Source: Ancylonema sp. (lineage: Eukaryota). Taken from it: DNA of 63,359 nt. The stretch's first letter is position 1. Each line of letters begins with the position of its first letter. A program made the translations under genes and the position numbers. Below, one piece after another: positions 52,844-63,359 of the stretch. The stretch spans positions 1 through 63,359 of the forward strand of contig JBFLGF010000070.1 in assembly GCA_050230475.1 (NCBI GenBank), read 5' to 3'. The notes below the pieces were generated by a model. The model was not told where the DNA came from and did no database searches. It saw nothing but the letters and a program-made list of their open reading frames with translations.

Positions 52844-55800
52844 TTAAGCTACGGCTTGCAATCTTTCCTCGGGCGGTGAGGAGAAGTCATACTTGTTATA
52901 CACTTCATAAAACATATCTCGGCATGGCACCACAGCCTTCAGCTTGATGCATGCCAAGAAGGCGCCAGATAACTTGCGATGTAAGCTATACGCATCCTCT
53001 GGTGGCGGACATAAGCGGTGTTGAAGCATGGTTGCACCCAGGTCTGACACCCTGCGCAAAAGAAGAAGAAGAAGGACATATGTCAGCAAACACAAAGTGG
53101 AATTCCGAGACACATCATCTGTTCGCATGACTCATGACTTGTTCCCCCCTTCCATCGTCCACCCCCCCAGACGCGTTGACTTACTTCCGGGTGATGCCAG
53201 ACCTCCTGAAGTCGAATCCGCCTGGGGTGGCAAAAGGCAACCCCACCGCAAACCCCGCCTGCGTGTGGGCATCCAAAAGGAGGCGCGACTCTTCCCCCGT
53301 CAAGAAACCGAGGCGACGAGACATTTCCAAAACACCCTCCCGATCACGCTCGGCGCACGCTCGCACCTGCAAGGAAGCACACGAGGAATGAGAACCCACC
53401 TTCAAACCCACTCCAAGAAGGTGAACCATCCTTCTCTCTGTGGGTAGTGCTATCCACAGAACTGCTCACCATCTGTACGTAGTCGTCCACGAATGGTTTA
53501 GGGAAGTCTCGTGCGGCCCCAAAGTCGATGAGATTGATCGTGTCCGTGGCCTCGTCATACAGAAAGTTCCCCCAGTTCGGGTCGGTCTGCATGAACCGGA
53601 ACTCGAACAGCTCTTCCAAAGTGAGCCCCAGAATCCTTTTGCTGACGCTGTCCCGCACCTCCTGCCCCATCCGGCTCACGCGGTCAATGGCCTCCCCCCC
53701 CACCAACTCGGTGGTCAACACTCTGCGGCTGCACAACTCCTCGATCACGTCTGGAACGTGGAACCCTTTCTTCCCTGACATCAGTGAACGGAAACGGATC
53801 TGGGAGGCTGCCTCTCGTGTATAGTCACATTCTGCTGCCAGCTCTTTCTTGGCTACTGCCATGACTTGATCCATGTACAGCTGTTGGGGCAGCAGGGAGG
53901 TGAATTTCAGAAGGCGCTTCAGGTTATCAATGTCGCTGTCGATGCTCTCTGCCACCCCCGGGTATTGAACCTTCACTGCCACCTGGCGCCCGTCTGCCAG
54001 GCGGGCCCAGTGCACCTGTCCGATGCTGGCTGCTGCCATTGGCTCGTCCTCGAAGTGCAGCAGCCTGGTCTGCCAATCGCTTCCCAGTTCGGCTGCCAGC
54101 ACCTTGTGAAGCTGGCGACGAGGCATGACGTCAGCACCCTGGCGCACGCGCTCCAGTGCTGCTGTCACCTGAGGGCAACAGAGAGGCAGGGGAGATGGTC
54201 ACATCTGTCTACCAACTGCATGCCCTCTGCATGCCCTCCGACCCGGAATACCATAGCGGCCAAGTTTAATAACCTACTGCTTATTCAGAGCGGGAACGTG
54301 ATTCAATCAATAATAATAATTCACAATCTCGGCTTTTTATGGCTGTGGCGTAACAACAATCAATTACTCGGCGCTGGGGGAAGGGGGTGGGGGAAGAAGT
54401 AAGTATTAATATTAGGTGTTTTTATGAAGAGGTTGGGGTGTTACAGCTGGCCGCTACAGTAGTTGGAAACGGTTAGGGAAAAGACAAGAGTAACCCCATT
54501 GTCCAAAGACCAGACTTCAATGAAGTATCGAATTGGAACAGTGGTCGAGATCGATGGTCCACCTGTGGAGGGATAATGGCCTCGTCCTGAATGCTCATCA
54601 TCTGCCCGAGTTTCAGGGCAGCCCCTCGCATGCGGCACAACGCCAGAGCAATCCGGTCTGCATTGCCTTCGGTCAGAAACGGGCTGTACAGTGCTCCTCC
54701 AGACCCCCCCTCGGATCTCGGAGGTTGGCCCTGCCATAGCCGCCGGGCAGACTCAGACAGAGTGCCGAGGGCCAGCCCAGCACCTAGACTGGCAAACCTG
54801 TCCTGACACCAAAGAAACAAAAACTTTTTTAGCCGGGAGAGCATCGAAGAAAGGGGAGCACACTTTCTGGCTGAACATTAACATATGATGACCGATCCCG
54901 GGATGATTTAATAACGGCCCTCGTTTGATTCAGGCGATACCGAGAAAAAAGACGAGGTTTGTGCCCTGTCAAGTTCCAAATGTAAGTTTCAATTCTCCAC
55001 TCACCCCATCACCCTCCCGATCTGCGACGAGGGCACGCTCCTCTCCCGGTGCAACATTTTGGTGCGAGTGTGCGAGGGGATGGTTGGTGGTATCATGTCT
55101 TCTCCTCTCCCACCTGCCCCATCAAGAGCTATGACAGCTGGCATCTCCACAATCTCTAATGGGGGAGATGGTTCGATAATGTCGACAGCTGTTGCAGGCT
55201 CCGAATGCAGAGCGGGACGTGTGGTTGCAGGCTGAGTGGGGAGAGGGACAGGGGGGGCTGTCTGAGCACGTGGTATCAGATTCCTAAAACCATCGACTGT
55301 GTCAGTCAGCCTGGCCACTTCATCGCCACTTTGTTCCCTCATTCCAAGCTTGTGTTTAAGTTAGATGTTACCGATTGTCGGAAACGCCTCCATGTACTAC
55401 ATCTGGTTTTTCCAATACTTACAATCTGATACCACTTACCCCGCCCCATCTTACCTCCTGGCGTGCTTCAAAAAGCAACCCAGCGCCTTTCCCCGGATCT
55501 AACTTGTCATCCCCTGCCAACGCACCGCTTCCCAGTCCAGTTTGCCTCATCATCTGATCGACCTGTGATCTGGTTCCATCGATGACACCAGACGCCTTTC
55601 GACCCAGCTCCTCTGCCGTACGTGCCACATTCTCCGTCGTCGCATGCGTGAAGTCTGGCGTAGCATCGCGTACTCTACCGGCTGTCGCCCCCACGACGCC
55701 AGCGGTAGTATCGGATGCACTTTTGAGGGCAGCACGTGCAGCACTGACGACGTCTCCTTCTAGTAGTGGCTTGAAGCCAGGCAGGGATCTGATACTCTGT

Positions 55801-55874
55801 GTGATGACCAAGCTTGCACCGGCAACGAGGCGGGCGGAATCCTGAACCGCCTGAGCCAGCCGACCAGTAAACAT
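52844..55874 (-). CDS. COQ8: Mitochondrial ABC1/COQ8 atypical kinase (ubiquinone biosynthesis), multi-exon
   Basis: [92 protein letters not shown]. Confidence 0.96.
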
Positions 55875-56392
55875 GGTTTATCAGGCTATTATATCACTGC
55901 GCAGCTCACATGTTAGTGCAGCTGGACATGGGGAAAACAATAATAAATACGCTCGTTCGGTATGTCCGAAACGCAGAGATTCAATCCTGAGTGCAGATCC
56001 GATTGAGTCTGGTGTCAATGCGTGAGGCAGATCGATTTGCGTCCCGAAACAGTCTTCATGGGACCGAGACGAAAGGTGGAGGAGAACACTCTGCTGAGCT
56101 TCATTCCAAAAGAAAGGTCCTACGTCTTTCACGCCAAGGCAGCCACGTGGCAGCACTCTGCTTAAATCACCGTCGTCATGCACAGGCGCCCCAAGCTCGT
56201 GAATTTGCCGCATTTTTTTGCGGCAACGTCGACGTCATTTCAAGATTTGAAACGGTTCCAAAATATAACCGCAGGAAGGAGGAGTGGGCGGGTATTGAAA
56301 TGCATGACACGTAAGCACGGCGCACAAGATTTTATTTTGAAGACCATGTGCACTGATCGACCAGTCCAATTTTGACATTGTGGATACGACGG

Positions 56393-56427
56393 GTCAACGA
56401 CTCAACGAGTCAACGAGTCAACGAGTC
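56393..56427. repeat. Short tandem repeat (TCAACGAG) ~x4
   Basis: GTCAACGACTCAACGAGTCAACGAGTCAACGAGTC in the COQ8/SKP2 divergent intergenic region. Confidence 0.8.
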
Positions 56428-56828
56428 CATGGGTAGACCCTGCTGACGGATCCCGTTTTCGCATTTTCGCAGGGCTGCAACGGGCAGCAGGGCGCAGGAG
56501 CAGGGCGCGTCGGGACTTGGGCGGCGCACGGGTGACGGGCAAGCCCCAACGAGCGTTGACGAGCTGTTGACGAATTTCCACGTGAGCGCGGGACTTCGGC
56601 CAGCGCACTCCGTCGGCCTACGCATGACAGTTTTTGGAGAGGTCGTTGCACCCTTCACATTCTCATCAAATTCCTACCGCGCGCTACAGCAACGGGAGCA
56701 GTATTTCTGCGTATCCCCGTTCAACTCCATTCAATGGTCTAGCTGGTTCCTGCTGCTCGCCGTCACTACGCGCTTCTGTAGCTATATCGTGCGAATTTTC
56801 TGTTCTCATAGCGATTTCTCCCAATTGG

Positions 56829-58951
56829 ATGTCAGGGCAATGGCCAGACCTTCCCAGCGAGTTACTTTTCAAAATATTGGAACCCGACCCCCGCGCGCTA
56901 GTAACGTCCACAGGAGTTTGCCAGGCGTGGCGAGCTTCTATTGGCGAGCAAGTTAGTGATATATCGTTCTCGTGGTGCGAACGTAGCGTGACTGCACTTG
57001 TCACTTCCATCATTCCGCGGTTCCAGCACCTCAGGCGACTTAGCCTACGGCGGTGCTCTTTCTTAGAAGATTCAGCCCTGCAGACAGTGGCGGGCCACTG
57101 CCCAGATTTGGAGTCTTTGGAAGTTTCGACGGCTTGGAAGCTCACAGAAGCCTCCCTTCGCGCACTGGCGGGAACGTGTTTGCGGCTCCAGGTCAGCATC
57201 TTCCTTTTCTCCATATGTCGTGGATTATCTGGAGGTTGGGTATGAAACAATCGTAATCCGTTATCGTCATGTGTAGAGTGCGCTGTATCATCCATGAACG
57301 GTGTCCGCTTGTAATTCTATATGTGTAATATTTATTCCTCTGAAGTCGCTTTGAGATACGACCTTAAAGGCATAGCTACTTTATACCCGACTGTATAATC
57401 TGGACGAATTCGAACAGTCGCTGCAGGCTGTAAGCATCAGATGTTCCTAGGAGCAAGGGTGATATGTCAGGCTGCCTTTGAACTATTTCTGCTCCCGCTG
57501 TCTGTCTGTCCTGTCAGGTGCTTGACCTCAGTGGATGTCGCGGGCTGAATGAAGCAGGCATTGCAGCCATAGCATCCTCTCTGCACAGTCTCAAGTCACT
57601 AAACTTGTGCGGATGCACCGCTGCGGTAACGGACACAGCACTCCAGGTATGGCACGCTCCTATACATCACATGTTGGCAAGGGGGTTCTCTGGAGGCTGT
57701 GAGACAGAACAGAGTTGGTCCTTCAAGGACAGGACTGCAGGCATCCATGCGCTTTACTCCTCCCGTTGTTTCAGCCCTTGAGTGGGAGCACGGGAATGAA
57801 TAGCAGCATTGGCGGTAAAGTGTGAACTCGTGGGGCGGGTTGGGTCCAGGCGTTGGCTGCTGGCTGCCCGTCGCTACAAACTCTTAACCTCGGGTGGTGT
57901 GAACACGTCACCGAAGCAGGAGTGGTTCCCCTTGCCCTCGCTTGCCCCCAGCTGTCAGTCATCGATTTCTGCGGATGCCTCCTCATTACAGGTACGGATG
58001 GCAGACCAAGTGTGCAGTATGAGCACCCTGGGCTCATTCAACCATGGTCCTGCGTCTCTGAGTCAACTAATGCAACCAGGAGCACCAGTTTTATTCTTTA
58101 GCTCGCAGCGTGAACTCATAAAGATGGAGAGGTGTTCTGCTCGAGAGAGATTAGTTGATGTGGGCAGCGCTTTTGAACTTGTTTTTTACTCCTGCAATTG
58201 ATATGGGGAAGAAATATGGTCAGAACTGCATACTTGACAAGCTGAAGCGATTGTTGACTGGCAGATGAGTGTGTGATAGCCCTCGCTGCAACCTGTCGTG
58301 GGTTGGTCTTTCTTGGCCTTCACTGCTGCCGATTGATTTCGGACGCCTCCATGCACGCCCTGCTCTCCCTCGCTCTCTACCAGAGGCACGAGGCTCTGCG
58401 GACAAACAGGTGAATGTATCATCCTTCAACCTCCATCCTCCATCCTCTGTCCCTCATCCACCAATTTATTTCCCCCTGGTACTAGGCCTCTGGTCTGTGG
58501 GCTGTGGGCTGTGGGCTGTGGGGGGGGCGGGGGACATCCCGGTCTACCTCTTAGGGAGTATAGTTGGTTTGTGGATTCGCGTAAATCTGTACATGGCTGT
58601 TCTGGATGCTGTCGACCCTTCACTTTATTTTCCCTTCAGATCCAGGACACTTAGCATTCGCGCTCGTCTCTGTCTTGCTGCAGGTTACGATCGCAGTCCG
58701 TGCGATTTCCCTGTGGGCTTCAATCTTTGAATGTGAGCGGCTGCGTCCTTCGTCACCGCCAATCCGTGCAGGCAGTTTGTGACGCCTTCCCATCTCTGCA
58801 CACCTGCTCTGAGCGCCGCACACTGAATGTCAGTGGGTGCCTCACCCTCTCTGCTGTGCAGTGCAAATGCATGGTCAGGGGGGGAGGGGATGCGCACAGC
58901 CAAGAGTCGGTGGGGTTACGGGTGACGGATCCAACACTACGACCGCTGTAG
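56829..58951 (+). CDS. SKP2: F-box/LRR protein, SKP2A/B-like, multi-exon
   Basis: F-box WPDLPSELLFKIL..TGVCQAWR. LRRs LDLSGC, LNLCGC..AVTDTALQ, LNLGWCEHVT, DFCGCLLIT. C-terminal VQAVCDAFPSLHTCSERRTLNVSGCLTLSAVQCKC is typical of plant SKP2. Confidence 0.88.
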
Positions 58952-59903
58952 CATCTGAAGAATATTCTTACATTTTCCTCATACTTTGTCTTGTTGCCTA
59001 CAAAGAAGGCGTTGGAGTGTAGGAAACCGGTAGATCTGGTTCGGTTCTTCCTGATGTGTGATTGACGCGTACATATAGCATGAGACATGCACCATGTATA
59101 AAGCTTTTCTAGAAGGTTCGGCGAGGATCAGTGTGAATAGTGTCTGTACACCTCTGGAAAGATTGTAAAATAGCATAATAGTGGTATAGACATGTGGATT
59201 AGATGCAGGGTACACTGTGTGAATATGGGAGGGTAAAAACCGTAGAAGTTCAAAATTCCACGTAGTGGTTCAGACCCGAGTTGTGGTATAAATATGAAAT
59301 GTCAGCATAGGACGTCCCAACCTGGTCACAAGAATGACGATGGATGAGGAAGAAAAAATTGGTAGTTCTGATAATTAGTTTCAGCTCCATACACCCATAA
59401 GTTATGGGCCGTAACTCATATGATAAAAAAAGCAATGACGATCATATGCCGAGGGGAACAAAAACAACCTTGACCCAGGTAGGAATGTTCAAACAAACAT
59501 AAATTGCAAGAAATTTCCCAAGTAGGCTGTATTTATGAGGGTTGTGTAAGCTCTTGTGAAAGTGAGTCATGTTGATTCTAAGGGGGGGGGGGGAAGTGGC
59601 CCGTTATTCACAGGCATAGTGGAAGGTTGTTTACTCCTAGAGCATCCCATTGAGTGACTGACTTGCTTGAGTTAGGGCAGGATACATGAAGGAGAGAATA
59701 ATAGATGTAGAGAACCTATTTGAAGCAACAGGTTTTCCAAGTGGGACACCTCACTGACGTAACGCAGCTAACGCATGGAGAATGATGCGACTGACGGTCA
59801 TTTTTTCCCTATGCGAGGAGACAATTAAGTGCTATGGTTGAACACCAAGTTTCATTGCATTCTGTGTGTGCGCATTCAAAGCGAGTGTGAGTGGAAAATG
59901 AAA

Positions 59904-62900
59904 TCATTGCTTCCCCGTGTCTTGTTTTCTGAAGAAGGCGGATATACTAGCCTGTTGCTTGCAGCTCGAGTCCACAGCAACTGCACACACACAGACATGA
60001 GTAGGACCATAAGTCACCTCCACCAGGCAGCACTGTACTTGTGAAACCATCAGTAGAAACTTCTTCTCGCCACTGACCTGACTTCTTTGTTGCATCCGGT
60101 TGGCTCTTGACGACAGATGCCTTCCACTCGTCATATCCAGCTTGGAACGAGCGTTTGGCGGACCTACTCACGCCAGGCACCTGCAGCAAGCAAGCGGGTA
60201 TGAATCCCTCCCCACAGTGCAGTCCACCCGTCCCACTTGGTGGCATGCACATGAACATTCGAACCCGAAAGGAACGAACGGATGCCTTGCATGTAGACTA
60301 ACGCTGTGAGAAAATTAATTGAGCAGATCGCCACACACAGTCTGAACAGACCAATCTTTTCATTTTTTCAGAGGGGTGAAATTCCTCCTTACCACCAGTC
60401 CATCCTCGTCGTCAATGTCTTCATCACTACTCGAGTCGTCAGACTCGTTGCGGCTCCGCTTGGTATCCGCACCTGATCGATTTGCTAGAGCAATAGATAG
60501 TGTGACTTGAGAAGCTGCACACTCTATCATAAAAATAGCAAGTGCCTTCGCAAGAGAGATAATGCCGTTCTGCACTGCAGCAAGATCTACATCATTCCTG
60601 GATTGCCAGATACATCTGGCCACATCACACAGATGCTGGACTGCAATGAACGGAGGTTTCATGCACTTTGCTCACCTTGAGGCCCAAGTCTCTTGCTTCC
60701 AAACAATTCTGGACAAAGCTGTTCCATGGATGTGAGAGTCTGAACAGATCCAGATGCCCACAGAAGTAGATGAATTACAGAATTTATTGCTGCATATTCA
60801 TGTAGCCCTCTATAAACATAAAAAGAAAAAACCAGGGATATTATCTATTTCACATACAACGCTGTGGGACCTCAGGAGCTATGAAGACTTGGATGAGAAG
60901 CTGGTGCAAGATCATCTGGACTTTTCCCTTCAAGGACAATTCCGCAACCGCAATCTGAGACTACTTTCGTTCACCTCACCCTTGAAAGTCTCGCTGGTGA
61001 AACAGTAAGATAGACTCACATTGACAAAATGTTGCTCCGTGACCCCAGCTCTGTTCAGGAGCTTGCTTCTGTCCACAGTCAGCTGCGACAAGAATGCGCA
61101 ACTTTGAACCTAGAAGCAACTAGAGCTCCACAGACCTAGTGACCCCATGAAAGATAAGGGGATTTTGTGATCGATAGCAACTGATATTTCATAAATCACC
61201 CGTGCTCTGTACCCGCTGCTTGGTGGCGGTAAGGTAGAAGGCCGCGGCTGTGAAGACAGGATGTGTGAAATCGGCTCCAGCTTTGCGGGAATCTGGCAGA
61301 TCTGTACAAAAAAACACGTCCACTTCTGTTGATGTCAATCGCAGACCGTCACTTGATTGACGGTTTCAAGAGCACCTTGAGGTTATGCGACGTGAGCGAG
61401 CACAGAAGGCACACAGCTGACACTTTTGGCCCACTGTTACAAAATGATGTGTTCGGTCATGCTTCCCTCGTCTTGTGCTAAGCGGTAGACTCACCTGCAA
61501 TAAATTTCTTTTGGTATCTGCAGATCACAAATGAGGACAAACGTTGTTTTTGTCTTGATGTCCCTCGGTCAAACAGCTGGCAATCAGTGAAAGGCCTTCC
61601 CATTTATTGCATTTCTTACTCAATAAAAGCTTCTAGCTACTAGCTTCTCCTTCATCAGTACTGGACATTGCAACATGAAACCATCCGCCTTAATCTCATG
61701 CACTTGGTCGTGCAATGCACTTGGTCGTATTGCAGAATAGCAGGGACAAGATATCAGAGGATGATGCATCTGCCGTTGTTGACTACTTTGCAGGATACTG
61801 GGCTGGCCTATGCACGTGACTCACATACTGAGGTTTCGATGTACAGAGTCGATGACTCGCACACAACCAAACAAGGCCGCCAGGTCTTCTGCAGTGGTCT
61901 TGGGCCTGCAATTTGCAATATTCGGTCCAAACCATTACTCAAAGATATAAAGAACAATGGCAAGGTCTAGCAGGACTTCTCAGGACTTCTCAGGACTTCT
62001 CAGGACTTCTTGCACTTCACTATCAAATGAGGGCAGCAGAATCATAAATATTTTGTTGCCGACGAAGGTGGTGATGGCTACCTTGTTTACGATCAAATTC
62101 TTAGCTGTTCGCAGTTTACCTTCGGCCTAGAGCATTGGTTACAGCATTGAATGACCGAAGGTAAGCTTGCTCGGAGAGGCCACTCAATTTGCGAGTTTGT
62201 ACTCTGTCAAGCGGTATATGTTGTCTGCACAATTCACACCAGCTCCGTTAGCAGACAGTGTTGTGGTCTGGCAGCGTCGGCCACGATTTGATTGTGGAGC
62301 CGTGTGATAGTTTCGCGAAGTGGTTCGCCAAGAGCACGGAGATTACTTACGTCAAGGGTGTTAAATTTCTTATCTGACCTCCACACAACCACCAGCTACA
62401 GAGGGTCAACAGATGGGTCGATTTATCCGTTATCTCTTCCAGATGGCTGCTGAATTTGGTTACTCACATCTTGCAGGCCAGCTCAAAACAGAGCACCATG
62501 ACCTGGTCTTCGCCCTATATGGACAAGAGGCCGAAGGAAACTATCAGGGACGGCACATGAATGGGAAAGCCGGTCAACAATTACGGTGGTTTCATTTGGC
62601 ACAACAATTTCCTCATTAATAGGTCTCATCAGGTCTCATTAATATTTTTTCATGATATGCGCCTAAGACCAAAAACCGTCACTCAACGGTCCTTCACAGG
62701 CATCCAGATCGTGCGATACTACTAATGGTGCCACCTCTCCTGAGTACTAATGGATGCTTGCAACGGATCGCCGCCCGATCGGAAAGATCCCGAGCAACTG
62801 CATGCACGCTTGAGAAGAGGCGCAACACATTCAAACAAGACATACAAAAGTTAAGTCGAAACGTTGTTCATAGCATTTTTTTAGCGCTGACTTACAAGGC

Positions 62901-63018
62901 CAAGAGCGCCTCCACTGAAGCGCATGTCAAGGGATCGTTTCAATTCCCTTGATTTGCTGAGGAGCCTCACGGAGATAGGTAGCGCACCGCTGTGCAGCTG
63001 CAACAGTCTCTTCTCCAT
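59904..63018 (-). CDS. ORC6: Origin recognition complex subunit 6, many short exons
   Basis: Hand-spliced: LLSKSRELKRSLDMRF..GL|GEDQVMVLCFELACK, RKLSGLSEQAYLRSFNAV, FGCVRVIDSV, YQKKFIA|DLPDSRKAGADFTHPVFTAAAFYLTA, TLTSMEQLC, YDEWKASVV. These match recalled plant ORC6 motifs in order. Confidence 0.9.
61971..62010. repeat. Tandem 10-mer (CAGGACTTCT) x4 in an ORC6 intron
   Basis: Four perfect copies. Confidence 0.95.
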
Positions 63019-63159
63019 TGACCATCCGTGTTGCAGAGATAACTACGTGCCTATTCACTACTCGCTTCAGAAGCATGCAATCAGGTGCACATGCGACATC
63101 CAGGCGCAATTCCACCACTAATTCGTCGTCATATCAATGTCCAACCGCAATGGCTTCAA

Positions 63160-63340
63160 AAAAAATCGGCCTGTTATATAAGCGGTGTACGCCACTGAAG
63201 CCTCTGTATTTCCGATTTATCTCCGATTTCCGATCGTCTACCGATTTCCGATTTCCCCGTCCGCCGACCGGTAGTAATTTACAGCACGTTAAACCCGGCG
63301 ACAGGACACAGGGCACAGGGCACAGAACACAGGGCACCCT
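63160..63340. repeat. CCGATTT motif cluster and (CACAGGG)-like 7-mer tandem, probably the end of a DNA transposon
   Basis: TCCGATTT or CCGAT about five times at 63210-63256, and ACAGGGC-type repeats at 63301-63337. Confidence 0.45.
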
Positions 63341-63359
63341 ATCTTAAAAATCTAAATAA

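Noticed and set aside
63252..63259. E2F-like site TTTCCCCG upstream of ORC6
   Set aside because: Matches only the loose WTTSSCSS consensus and sits in a CCGATTT repeat cluster.

Overview
Eukaryotic nuclear DNA with short GT-AG introns and plant-type genes, most consistent with a streptophyte alga or non-seed plant (inference from protein similarity only). The first ~26 kb is TE-dominated. It holds a retropepsin remnant, Tourist, hAT and Tc1/mariner MITEs (some nested, one pair forming a ~1 kb palindrome) and a ~600 bp (TA)n. It also holds one large glycine-rich membrane-protein gene (At5g11700-like) and a degenerate full-length Ty1/copia element with an internal inversion, inserted into an older copia. 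The remaining ~37 kb is gene-dense: ARGLU1-like (-), NF-YA (+), HCF101 (-), an At1g72640-like Rossmann-fold protein (+), a DOG1/TGA-domain-ankyrin fusion (+), IVD (-), ABC1/COQ8 (-), SKP2-like F-box (+) and ORC6 (-). The most notable observations are the bZIP-less DOG1-ankyrin fusion, a candidate poison exon in ARGLU1 intron 1 and a canonical C-terminal PIP box in ORC6. Exon structures were assembled by hand and homologies are from recall, not database searches.
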